34,100 bases of DNA, taken from assembly GCA_036507075.1 (NCBI GenBank), contig DASXQR010000042.1, positions 1-34,100 of the forward strand. Reading direction: 5' to 3'. Under the pieces are notes generated by a model that saw nothing but the letters and a program-made list of their open reading frames with translations, was not told the DNA's origin and did not search any database. Below are positions 1-8,398 of this stretch, in pieces. Within the stretch, counting starts at the first letter, position 1. Each line of letters starts with the position of its first letter. The translations under genes and the position numbers were made by a program. The DNA is from Acidobacteriota bacterium (lineage in GTDB: Bacteria; Acidobacteriota; UBA6911; JACQSX01).

Positions 1-1489
1 CCAGCCCTTGTCCGCGGCGCAGCTTTGATCTCATCGAAAGATGATTGATCCGGGCGAGTTCCATGGGCGAAAGTCCGAAACGGCGCGCGATGCCGCCAAT
101 GGTATCGCCGCGGCGCACGCGATAGCGCCGCAGGCGAATCATGGGCGCATCGGGAAGCTCCGCCATCCGATCAACCAGCTCCATCGATGCTCCCGGAGGC
201 AGCTTTAGATGATATTCGGGATAGTCCCGAGGCGTAGCCAGATGAGTCAGTTCCGGATTCAGTTCCTTCAATGTTTCCAGCGAAAGATTGCATGCTTCCG
301 CGATATCGGACAACCGGACGGAGCGGGTTACGCTGAATCTCTCAAATTCCAGCGGCTTGGCGCAAGTGACGCGGAAACCATAGCGCTCCGGATTGCTGGC
401 GATGATTATTGTCGCCAGGACGCTGGGCACATGATTGATCGTCTCGCTCGGGATCAGGCCCATCTCCGCCATTTCCCAGTAGGAAATGTCTCCATGCCGG
501 GCGAGGATACGCTCAAAACGAGCCGGACCACAGTTGTAGGCGCCCAGCGCGATCTGCCAGTCTCCGAAGCGCCGATAAAGCTCCTTCAAGTAGCGCGCCG
601 CAGCGCGCGTGGATTTTTCAATGTCCGATCTCTCGTCCACCCAGGGTGTGACTCTGAGCGAGTAGTCCTGTGCGGCTGCCCGCGTGAACTGCCAGATGCC
701 TTTGGCATGAGCGCGTGAATACGCCAGCGGTTTGTACATGCTTTCCACCTGTGCCGCGTGGATGAGCTCCAGCGGCACCGACTCTTCTTCAAAAATTCTC
801 CGAAACAGCGGCATGTACTTTCCGGATTGAGCCAACCCGCGCTCCATCAAATCACGGGACCGATTCTGATAGTACTCCAGCATCCGCAACACGCGGTCGT
901 TGAGCGCGATGGGAATGCTGAAGCGCATCTTTTTTATGTCCTCGCTCACCATCGAGACCAGGGCCGGATCGAGGGTGATCTGATACAAGTTGATATTCGG
1001 CAGGGCATCGACGGCGGCCGGTTCCAGAATTTGCTCAGGCCTGTCTTCTGCGACTGCTGGGTTCTTCTCCTGCTCTTCAGTCAGGAAGCGCTCCAGCGAG
1101 GCCGCGTCGTTTCTGAGGTTGAGATAGAAGCGCTCCAGGAACGGGTATTGAGGGATGGCAAAGGGGGCGTTCTTCACCAGCTCTACAGAATCATGGAGGC
1201 GCTGTTTTCCTGCTTCGATTTTACCCTCGCGCAGCAGGCGCTCTCCCTGATCGAACATGAGCGAAGCGCGATCCATCAGCTCCAGGATCTTTTTCAGATT
1301 GGGATCAATGAGAGGCTGCGTCGCGATGATCGCCGCACTCTCGGCCAACGGAACGGCTGTCGATGGTTCCGACGGCCGGCTGACAGGCGGCGTGGGCAGG
1401 AATCGGAGGACAGAAACCTGGGTCTTCGACGAAGCGCACCCGGACAAAACCACGCCCAGCAGCGCCAGACGCTGGAAGTCTCTTCTCAT
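1..1489 (-). CDS. mltD: Membrane-bound lytic murein transglycosylase (SLT domain + LysM), lipoprotein; 3' end runs off the window
   Basis: Manually translated: MRRDFQRLALLGVVLSGC (lipobox LSGC), SLT motifs QVES, AKGIWQF, ALGAYNCG, then LysM YRARRGDTIGGIARRFG. Open to base 1, so absent from the ORF track. Confidence 0.88.
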   Translation of the reverse strand, partial: MRRDFQRLALLGVVLSGCASSKTQVSVLRFLPTPPVSRPSEPSTAVPLAESAAIIATQPLIDPNLKKILELMDRASLMFDQGERLLREGKIEAGKQRLHDSVELVKNAPFAIPQYPFLERFYLNLRNDAASLERFLTEEQEKNPAVAEDRPEQILEPAAVDALPNINLYQITLDPALVSMVSEDIKKMRFSIPIALNDRVLRMLEYYQNRSRDLMERGLAQSGKYMPLFRRIFEEESVPLELIHAAQVESMYKPLAYSRAHAKGIWQFTRAAAQDYSLRVTPWVDERSDIEKSTRAAARYLKELYRRFGDWQIALGAYNCGPARFERILARHGDISYWEMAEMGLIPSETINHVPSVLATIIIASNPERYGFRVTCAKPLEFERFSVTRSVRLSDIAEACNLSLETLKELNPELTHLATPRDYPEYHLKLPPGASMELVDRMAELPDAPMIRLRRYRVRRGDTIGGIARRFGLSPMELARINHLSMRSKLRRGQGL

Positions 1490-1500
1490 TCTGTTGAGTC

Positions 1501-1550
1501 AAAAAAAAGAAGGACAACTAAAAATACCAAAGGTTTTTTAATTGCCCTTC
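1501..1550 (-). terminator. Intrinsic terminator-like hairpin after the S41 protease gene
   Basis: Minus strand GAAGGGCAATTAAAAA...TTTTTAGTTGTCCTTC (16-bp stem with G-U pairs) followed by T8. Confidence 0.55.
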
Positions 1551-1565
1551 AACTGGCGGGAGATT

Positions 1566-3233
1566 CTATTGAGATCGGCTCGAGGTTGCAACCATATTCT
1601 TGTCAGGCTTCTCGGATCGCTGTAACAGAGCTTTCGCTTCCGGAAGGAGCTGAATTGCCTTTTGAACGACTTCGTCGCCTTCAATGGCCACCTTGTAACC
1701 TTCCCGGGAGCCGAAGAAAGAGTCGAACACTTCCTTCCTCACGCGTCGCTTGATGAAATCCGTATTCTTCTGAAAATCTTCATCAGAAATAATGACGGAC
1801 CTTTCCTTCAGATAATTCTTAAAATCCTCCAGAATGGCGTCCGTGATCACCAGCGAATCCATCAGCTTTTTTTGTTCCGCCTCCGAAAGGTCCGAACTCT
1901 TGGCGGGAAGCCTGAAATTGCGGGCTACCGGTATATCTCCGGCGATCAGCTTATGCGCGTAGCTGAAAAATACGTCGCGGGCGTTGAGCATCGCCTGGAT
2001 TTTGTTCGCTTCGATGCTCATTTTGAAATCCGGAGCGATGCCGCCCCCGCCGTAAACCTTTCGACCGGAGTCGGTGAGTTTTACTTCGCCGCCGGGCTTG
2101 GTATCGGGACTGTCCTTACGATTGTAGTAATACTCGTAAAATCCGCCCGAGTAATCGCGCTGAATCAAGCGGTCGCTGGGAGTGTAATAACGGCCGGTTG
2201 TCAGCGCCAGTCCCTTGCGGTCGCTCAACGTGTAAATTGTCTGTACCAGCGCTTTGCCAAACGAGGTCTCACCGATAATCAACGCGCGATCGTGGTCCTG
2301 CAGCGCTCCCGACACAATCTCAGAAGCCGATGCGCTGTAGCGATCAATCAGCACCACCATTGGATATCGATGGTTGGACCCGTTGGGCGCCTTGTACTCA
2401 TTTTCCTTGCCGTGCCGGTTGCGCGTGCTGACAATCACCTGACCCTTTTTCAGGAACTGGTTGGTGACGCGTATCGCCTGATTGAGGGCTCCGCCGGGGT
2501 TTCCGCGCAGGTCAAGGATCAGGCCCTCGAGCGTGGGCTGGTCCATTTTCTCGAGCGCCGCCTCCAGCTCATCAGATGTGGTGTCGGAAAAGCGATTAAT
2601 TTTGATGTAGCCGATGCGCGGCCGAATCAGGAAGGCATCGTGGATGGCATACATTGAAATCTCATCCCGTTCCACCGTCACGGGGATGGCGTTCTGCACG
2701 CCCGGCCTCTCAATGGTGATATCGACTTTGGTGCCTTTGGGTCCTTTCAAGTGACTGATTACATCTTCGGTTTCCCAGTCATCAATCGGTTCATTCCGTA
2801 TGTGTGTGATGATGTCGCCGGCCCGCAACTGTGCCTTGTAAGCCGGTGTGCCGGGCGCCGGTGGCTCGACGACCACGACGCGGCCCGAGCCGGGGCTGAT
2901 GGGGCGGATGGTGATGCCGAGGCCGTAGTACTTGCCCTGCTGCTCTTCCTGCAGGCGGCTGTAGTCACGCGTATCAAAAAACGAAGAATGAGGATCGAGC
3001 GTGTGGAGCATGCCGCGGATTCCGCTCTCTACCAGTTCTTCGGTGTCGACCGGGTAAACATAGTTCTCCGAGACAAGCTGCAGCACACGGGTGAAGTTCT
3101 TCATCTGCTGCTGTTCAGATGAATCTCCCAGCGGTCCACCCGCGCTCACCTTGTCGCCCAAAAAACCGCCGAATGCCGCTGCCAGAAGAATTGTCAGAAA
3201 GCCGAATAGGGAAAGCTTGTGCTTCACAGGCAC
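1566..3233 (-). CDS. ctpA: S41 C-terminal processing peptidase (PDZ + S41)
   Basis: LDPHS, DLRGNPGG, SASASEIVSGALQDHDRA and TSFGKALVQ motifs; N-terminal signal/TM segment. Confidence 0.92.
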   Translation of the reverse strand: MPVKHKLSLFGFLTILLAAAFGGFLGDKVSAGGPLGDSSEQQQMKNFTRVLQLVSENYVYPVDTEELVESGIRGMLHTLDPHSSFFDTRDYSRLQEEQQGKYYGLGITIRPISPGSGRVVVVEPPAPGTPAYKAQLRAGDIITHIRNEPIDDWETEDVISHLKGPKGTKVDITIERPGVQNAIPVTVERDEISMYAIHDAFLIRPRIGYIKINRFSDTTSDELEAALEKMDQPTLEGLILDLRGNPGGALNQAIRVTNQFLKKGQVIVSTRNRHGKENEYKAPNGSNHRYPMVVLIDRYSASASEIVSGALQDHDRALIIGETSFGKALVQTIYTLSDRKGLALTTGRYYTPSDRLIQRDYSGGFYEYYYNRKDSPDTKPGGEVKLTDSGRKVYGGGGIAPDFKMSIEANKIQAMLNARDVFFSYAHKLIAGDIPVARNFRLPAKSSDLSEAEQKKLMDSLVITDAILEDFKNYLKERSVIISDEDFQKNTDFIKRRVRKEVFDSFFGSREGYKVAIEGDEVVQKAIQLLPEAKALLQRSEKPDKNMVATSSRSQ

Positions 3234-3260
3234 CTCGTGTCCTTGGTTAAAGTCAGAGGC

Positions 3261-3269
3261 AGTATACCA
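3261..3269 (-). promoter_or_regulatory. Putative extended -10 promoter for ctpA
   Basis: Minus strand TGgTATACT, about 27 nt upstream of the GTG start; the -35 position falls inside the adjacent heptamer arm. Confidence 0.45.
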
Positions 3270-3273
3270 TTAT

Positions 3274-3478
3274 CTGTTGTCCGTTGTCCGTGGTCCGTTG
3301 TCAGTCGCCGGCAGCCGCGAATGTTGCCGGTAAGGTTGATGCCTTCGGCTACTAAATAGTTGAAACAAAATAACAAAAGGCTTCCCGCGAACTGTGATTT
3401 TTCCCACCCGGGGACTGCGGAATACCGGCAAGCGACCGCCGGCTACGGACAACAGACCACTGACTGCGGGCAACGGAC
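3274..3478. repeat. Palindromic element with CCGTTGT / ACAACGG heptamer arms (family B)
   Basis: Left ctgttgt ccgttgt ccgtggt ccgttgt cagtcgc...ttgccggta; right taccggcaa...ctacggacaacagaccactgactgcgggcaacggac; about 90-nt spacer. Confidence 0.8.
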
Positions 3479-3498
3479 GAGTGACCAGCAGTGATCAT

Positions 3499-3528
3499 TT
3501 GACTGTCGCTGCGCAACTGCTCTAAACT
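3499..3528 (+). promoter_or_regulatory. Putative sigma70 promoter for tatA-tatC-HAD
   Basis: TTGACT (3499-3504) N18 TAAACT (3523-3528). Confidence 0.5.
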
Positions 3529-3556
3529 TGAGATCCATAAGAGGTCGAAGAATACT

Positions 3557-3802
3557 ATGTTTGGTTCTCTGGGTTTTAGCGAGATTCTCATTATTTTCGT
3601 GATTGCTCTCATCGTTTTCGGTCCGCGAAAGCTGCCCGAGCTGGGGAAGTCTCTCGGCAGAGGACTTTCTGAATTCAAGAAGGCCAGCAACGACTTGAAG
3701 CGAACCTGGGAAGACGAGGTAAAGGCCGAAGATGAGAAACTCCGCCAGCTTACCAATCTTTCAGAACCGCCCCCCACGCATCCGGACGACCTGAATTCCT
3801 GA
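3557..3802 (+). CDS. tatA: Twin-arginine translocase TatA/TatE subunit
   Basis: [35 protein letters not shown] signature. Confidence 0.93.
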   Translation: MFGSLGFSEILIIFVIALIVFGPRKLPELGKSLGRGLSEFKKASNDLKRTWEDEVKAEDEKLRQLTNLSEPPPTHPDDLNS

Positions 3803-3809
3803 TTGATTC

Positions 3810-4604
3810 ATGATCGACCCGCAGGAGCGCGACCCGGAAGAGGAGCTTCCAGATGAGGGAGAACTCTCCGATAAGATGTCTTTTCTGGAGCATCTGGACG
3901 AGCTCCGTACGCGGTTGATCTATTCGATCATTTCCATCGCAGTGGCCTTCGTTGTCACGTTTTATTACTACGCTCCCATCTTCTACTTTATGGAAGCGCC
4001 ACTGAGGAAGGTTATGCCTCCGGGGCAGGACAAGCTTTATTTTATTGCACCGACGGAGGGCTTCGGGCTGTCGATGAAGGTTGCGTTCGTGGCGGCGATA
4101 TTTCTGGCGTCGCCCTTTCTGATCTGGCAGCTCTGGCTGTTTATCTCGCCCGGCCTCTACCGCAAAGAGAAAAAGTACGTTCTCCCTTTTCTGCTGAGCT
4201 CGACAGTGCTGTTTTTGTCCGGCGGCGCCTTTGGTTATTACATCCTGCTGCCAGGCACACTGAAGTTCCTGATCTACTTCAATCCGGGCATGACTTATTT
4301 GCCGAAGGCTTCGGAGTACTTCGGCATTGTTACCTGGATCATGCTGGGCATGGGAGGAATTTTTCAGTTGCCTGTGCTGATTGCATTCCTCTCGATTTTC
4401 GGAATCGTCACGCCGCGGTTTCTGATCCATAATTTTAAATACGCCTTCCTGCTCGCCTTTGTTCTGGGCGCCGTGATCTCTCCCACCGGTGATCCGTTCA
4501 ATCTGATGATCTATTCCGTCCCTCTCGTTGTCCTGTATCTGGTCGGCATCGGTGTTTCTTTCGTGTTTGCAAAACTGCGGAAGAAGCGCGAGCGGGGCCT
4601 CTGA
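3810..4604 (+). CDS. tatC: Twin-arginine translocase TatC
   Basis: MSFLEHLDELRTRL, WLFISPGLYRKEK, GGIFQLP, ISPTGDP; multiple TM segments. Confidence 0.95.
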   Translation: MIDPQERDPEEELPDEGELSDKMSFLEHLDELRTRLIYSIISIAVAFVVTFYYYAPIFYFMEAPLRKVMPPGQDKLYFIAPTEGFGLSMKVAFVAAIFLASPFLIWQLWLFISPGLYRKEKKYVLPFLLSSTVLFLSGGAFGYYILLPGTLKFLIYFNPGMTYLPKASEYFGIVTWIMLGMGGIFQLPVLIAFLSIFGIVTPRFLIHNFKYAFLLAFVLGAVISPTGDPFNLMIYSVPLVVLYLVGIGVSFVFAKLRKKRERGL

Positions 4605-4608
4605 TTTC

Positions 4609-5451
4609 ATGCTGGGCCGGCAGATCCGTCTGGTTGCGCTTGATCTGGACGGGACGTTTCTGGACGCCAATCACCAGGTTTCTCCGGCCAACGCGCGCGC
4701 AGTCCGGGTACTGAAGCAGCACGGCGTGCCGACGGTGCTGGTTACCGGCCGGCGCTTTCGGAACGTTGCCAGAATCGCGCAGCAGTACGGATTGGGCGAC
4801 CTGGCCATCGTGCATAACGGCGCTTTGATTCGAAGCTGCATTGACGGCGCGCTGCTCTATTTTGAGGAGATCGAGTCGGCTCTCTGTCGCGACGTAATCG
4901 AAGCGGGACGCGGATGCGGGCAATTTCCATTCCTGCATGTGAATCCAAGCGAGACGCGAATTTATTTCGAGCGCCGTGCGGAAGAAAATCGCGCCCGCGG
5001 CGAGTACATAGCGCGCAACAGTCCCGATATGGTGCCGGTCGACAACCTTTGCGACGCTCTGGATGAGTCGCGCCTGATTCAGATGATGTTTACGCATTCC
5101 ATCGCGCCTCTGCAGGCCTGCAGGCAGTGTTTGCTGGAAAACTTTTCAGAACGCGCCACGATTCTCGAAACCTGCTATCCGGAACGAGATCATGTTTTCA
5201 TCGACGTGATTCACGCGAATTGCTCGAAAGGAAAGGCGCTGCAGTGGCTGATGAATCGCGAAAGTCTGCTTCCGTCCCAGGTGATGGCTTTTGGCGACAA
5301 TCACAATGACCTGGAAATGCTGCAGGTGGCCGGCCACTCATTCCTGATGGACAACGCGGCCGGCGAGCTGAAGCGCTACGGTTTTCGCATTGCGCCGCGC
5401 AATGATGATGACGGCGTGGCAAAGATCATCGGGGAGTATTGGGGTGGATAA
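4609..5451 (+). CDS. Cof-type HAD-IIB hydrolase
   Basis: LVALDLDGT, VTGR, HNGA, SKG and AFGDNHNDLEM motifs; ATG at 4609 just after the tatC stop. Confidence 0.9.
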   Translation: MLGRQIRLVALDLDGTFLDANHQVSPANARAVRVLKQHGVPTVLVTGRRFRNVARIAQQYGLGDLAIVHNGALIRSCIDGALLYFEEIESALCRDVIEAGRGCGQFPFLHVNPSETRIYFERRAEENRARGEYIARNSPDMVPVDNLCDALDESRLIQMMFTHSIAPLQACRQCLLENFSERATILETCYPERDHVFIDVIHANCSKGKALQWLMNRESLLPSQVMAFGDNHNDLEMLQVAGHSFLMDNAAGELKRYGFRIAPRNDDDGVAKIIGEYWGG

Positions 5452-5490
5452 TCTGAATGCGGAATGCTGAATGCGAAATGCCGAATGCGG
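5452..5490. repeat. Orphan GAATGCG heptamer arm (family A)
   Basis: tctgaatgcggaatgctgaatgcgaaatgccgaatgcgg directly after the HAD stop codon; no complementary arm nearby. Confidence 0.8.
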
Positions 5491-5497
5491 AGGCGGA

Positions 5498-5597
5498 CCG
5501 TTGTCAGTGGTCCGTTGTCAGTTGTCAGTGGTTGGTCGTGGCACCGACATCTTTGAATTCGTGAAATTCGTGAAATTCGTGAAATTCGTGATCCAAC
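5498..5597. repeat. Left composite arm (5x CCGTTGT-type heptamer + 4x GAAATTCGT 9-mer) overlapping the dusB 3' end
   Basis: ccgttgt cagtggt ccgttgt cagttgt cagtggt...gcacc gacatc tttgaattc gtgaaattc gtgaaattc gtgaaattc gtgatccaac; inverted partner at 6563-6653. Confidence 0.88.
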
Positions 5598-6550
5598 AGG
5601 AACTCGGCAAGGACCCTGCGCGCGCCTTCTATATCCTGGGCGTAAAAGACGGCGCTGCGAAATTCGGCGGAATCGGGAAGACCTTTGGTGAAGCGGCCTA
5701 CCAGGTTCTTGATCTTTCCGAGGGCCGCTTCCGGTGTGGAATCCGAGATGATGCTTTCGAATAGCTCGAATAAGATCCGGTAGGTGAGCCGGCGATCGGG
5801 AATTTCGAAGCTGCCGGTTCGCAGCAACTGGAGGCTCTGCCGGAAGATCCAGGGATTGGCGGTCGCCCCGCGTCCGATCATCACCGCGTCGCAACCGGTC
5901 TCTTGCAGCATTCGAAGCGCATCCTGGGCTGTTTTGACATCGCCGCTGCCGATCACCGGAATATCCATCTCCTTTTTCAGCAGCGCAATCAGCGACCAGT
6001 CCGCGCCTCCAGAGAATTCGGCCACACGGGTGCGCGGATGCAACGTCACCGCGGCAACGCCGACCTGGCGCGCCATGCGCGCAATTTCAAGGAAGTTCCT
6101 GGAATTATCATCCCAGCCCGCCCGGATTTTGATCGTCAGCGGAATCGTCAAGGCCTCCTTGACAGCCTGAACGATGTCGCGCAGCAGTTCGGGCTCGCGC
6201 ATCAGTCCGCATCCGCCGCCGCCTTTGACAATCTTTTTCGCCGGGCAACCCACGTTGATATCGATCATGTCCACGCCGGCGGCTTCTGCCATCCGCGCCG
6301 CCCGAGCCATGGTTTCCGGGTCCGCGCCGAAAAGCTGGATACCGACCGGGCGTTCTTCTTCCGAATAGCGCATCATTTTGAGCGTCTTCTGATTCTCGCG
6401 CACGATGCCTTCGACGCTGATCAGTTGTGAATAGACAAACCCGCAGCCTCCCAGCCGCTTGATGGTGCGGCGAAAGTGAGTGTCGGTCACTGCCGCCATG
6501 GGAGCGAGCACGAAGGGTGATCTGATTTCAATGTTGCCGATGTGGAACAC
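5525..6550 (-). CDS. dusB: tRNA-dihydrouridine synthase B
   Basis: LAPMA, DINVGCPAKK, TIKIRAGW, TLHPRT, GSGDV, VMIGRG motifs. Start is probably the GTG at 6550 (MFHIGNIEI), alternative 6571. The tail HEFHEFHEFHEF is repeat-encoded. Confidence 0.92.
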   Translation of the reverse strand: MFHIGNIEIRSPFVLAPMAAVTDTHFRRTIKRLGGCGFVYSQLISVEGIVRENQKTLKMMRYSEEERPVGIQLFGADPETMARAARMAEAAGVDMIDINVGCPAKKIVKGGGGCGLMREPELLRDIVQAVKEALTIPLTIKIRAGWDDNSRNFLEIARMARQVGVAAVTLHPRTRVAEFSGGADWSLIALLKKEMDIPVIGSGDVKTAQDALRMLQETGCDAVMIGRGATANPWIFRQSLQLLRTGSFEIPDRRLTYRILFELFESIISDSTPEAALGKIKNLVGRFTKGLPDSAEFRSAVFYAQDIEGARRVLAEFLLDHEFHEFHEFHEFKDVGATTNH

Positions 6551-6653
6551 GAATTTCAACAGGTTGGTCACGAATTACACGAATTACACGAATTTCACGA
6601 ATTCAAAATTCGTGGTGCAACAACTGACAACTGACAACGGACAACGGACAACG
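6547..6653. repeat. Right composite arm (CACGAATT(T/A) 9-mers + ACAAC(T/G)G heptamers) between the blaI stop and the dusB start
   Basis: gttggtcac gaattacac gaattacac gaatttcac gaattcaaa attcgt ggtgc aacaactg acaactg acaacgg acaacgg acaacg. Confidence 0.88.
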
Positions 6654-6659
6654 CGATAG

Positions 6660-7118
6660 TCACAGCAGGGTAACGTCCTCTTCTTCGTCCGCCACTGCCG
6701 CCCTTCCCTCCCCTGCCGCCAGGGAAGACTCCGCCGTGCGCACAGCCGAAACAGTCGGAGGACTCGAAATCTCGCGCTCCGTTTTCTTGAGCCCGGAGAC
6801 CGCCTCCGAAGAAGCTGCTCGACCGCTGATAAAACGCATCAGTTCTTCGCGCGACCCGTGGAAAAAATCGTCCACAAAATTTTCCAGCGTGTCCGACAGC
6901 GCCTGCGCGCGCGTCACACGCGGCGTGTAAAGATAGGCGCGACCTTTCTTGGCATGTGCCAGCAGGCCCTTCTTGTACATGTGATCCATTTCCGTCATCA
7001 CCGTCGTATAGGCCAGTCCCTTACGGCGAGCCAGTTGACTGTGGACATCCTTAACAAGAGCACTTCCGCGCTCCCATATGATCTCCATGATCTCAAACTC
7101 GACGGGTGTGAGCTTCAT
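6660..7118 (-). CDS. BlaI/MecI/CopY family transcriptional regulator
   Basis: LTPVEFEIMEIIW, LAYTTVMT, KKGLL, GRAYLYTP, FVDDFFHGS; low-complexity C-terminal extension. Confidence 0.9.
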   Translation of the reverse strand: MKLTPVEFEIMEIIWERGSALVKDVHSQLARRKGLAYTTVMTEMDHMYKKGLLAHAKKGRAYLYTPRVTRAQALSDTLENFVDDFFHGSREELMRFISGRAASSEAVSGLKKTEREISSPPTVSAVRTAESSLAAGEGRAAVADEEEDVTLL

Positions 7119-7144
7119 GTTTTGAAGTCAGCGAGCCAGGCGCA

Positions 7145-7180
7145 TTGGTGGTAAAGAAAGAACGGACCACCAAGACACCA
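7145..7180. repeat. Degenerate ACCAAG(A/G)C octamer hairpin (family F)
   Basis: ttggtggt...accaccaagacacca; same unit as at 22388-22443 and 28952-28994. Confidence 0.5.
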
Positions 7181-7250
7181 GGCGAGGTGTTGCAACTTGG
7201 ACATTGAGCGCAGGCTCAGTCGAGCAGGATCTCTGAGGAGGCCCGGCGCC

Positions 7251-8246
7251 TCACTCTATCGGATACTGGTCCTTGTACTTGGGCGAAACGTAAACGTAGC
7301 TCTGCTGCCGCAGTTGCTCGGCAAAACGAGCCAGCTCAGGCTGCATCTTACCGTAATAGATTTCCCGCTGGATATCATTGCGGACCTGATCCAGCGCCAC
7401 GGGTGTGGGATTGATCTTCTTGTTTAACCGGAGTATCACCAACCCGTAGTCGGTTTGCACGATGCCGGTATGATCATCCGGCTTCAGCGCGAATACCGCC
7501 TTTTCCAGAGCAGGGGCCATCATGCCGGCTTTAAACGCGCCTACACTGCCGCCTTTTCCGGCCGTGGCGCCTTCGGAATATTTCCTTGCAACTTCGGCAA
7601 AATCCTTGCCGGCGCTGATCTCGGCCAGAGCCTGTTCGGCCTTTTTGCGCGCATCGGACGGTTCCTTGCCTTCAAAGAGCACCACCACTTCGCTTACATC
7701 CACTTCGGCCGGCTTGGTGAACTTGTCGAGGTTCTTCTGATAGAACTCATTTACTTCGGCGGTTGTCACCAGGATCTTCGATTGGACGTAACGGCCGATC
7801 AGTCGGTCATATAACAAACGCTTCCGGAGCGAATCCTTATACTCGGCCATGGTGAGGCCCTGCTGCTGCAAAGCTTGTTCGAAGGTTTTCATGTCGGGAA
7901 TTCCTGATTCCTTGCGGATCCCCTCGATCGTTCCCGCCACCTCGACATCAATATTCTGTGTCAGCCCGGCTTCTTCGGCCTTTTGCAGCATCAGTTTGTT
8001 TTCAATCAGGTTTTTCAACGCCTGCTTTGAAACCCGGGCAAATTCCTTGTCAACGATCGCCTTGTCCTTGTACTGCGCCATCAACTGCTCCTGGATCGAT
8101 TCCAGTTCGTTGTTCAAATCGCTCAGAGTAACAATTTCGGTGTTCACTTTCGCCACTATCTCTTCAATCACCCTGGTCTGGGCGTTGAGCGGAGGACGGA
8201 TTGTGCCGATCACAATCAAGATCCAAAAAGTCTTTGTACGAAACAT
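7251..8246 (-). CDS. SurA-like periplasmic chaperone / parvulin PPIase
   Basis: IVAKVNTEIVTLSDL SurA N-domain; FAEVARKYSEG, GGSVG, VQTDYG rotamase motifs; GGGAG RBS before ATG 8246. Confidence 0.85.
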   Translation of the reverse strand: MFRTKTFWILIVIGTIRPPLNAQTRVIEEIVAKVNTEIVTLSDLNNELESIQEQLMAQYKDKAIVDKEFARVSKQALKNLIENKLMLQKAEEAGLTQNIDVEVAGTIEGIRKESGIPDMKTFEQALQQQGLTMAEYKDSLRKRLLYDRLIGRYVQSKILVTTAEVNEFYQKNLDKFTKPAEVDVSEVVVLFEGKEPSDARKKAEQALAEISAGKDFAEVARKYSEGATAGKGGSVGAFKAGMMAPALEKAVFALKPDDHTGIVQTDYGLVILRLNKKINPTPVALDQVRNDIQREIYYGKMQPELARFAEQLRQQSYVYVSPKYKDQYPIE

Positions 8247-8266
8247 CTGTAAAACTCCCGAGTAAG

Positions 8267-8398
8267 AAATTTTCACCACAGAGGCTTAGCGCGGCGAAGC
8301 CGCAACCAAAAGTCAAGGAGAGACGGCCTGAGGGCCGTCTCTCTGCGGTGTACTGGCAAGCTGAGACGGCCCGCAGGCCGTCTCTCCGGTGAAAATTT
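8267..8398. repeat. Nested element: outer AAATTTTCACC inverted ends, GCGGCGAAGCCGCAACCAAA cap and a REP-like doublet
   Basis: Outer IR 8267-8277 / 8388-8398; two GAGACGGCC-N-GGCCGTCTC palindromes; 8290-8388 matches the reverse complement of 34002-34100 at 96/99 nt. Confidence 0.85.

Noticed and set aside
209..1753. Plus-strand ORFs of 169 and 331 aa
   Set aside because: Antisense shadows of the minus-strand transglycosylase, which has clear motifs. The same applies to long antisense ORFs over ctpA, mfd, ftsH, the sulfatase and dnaE2.
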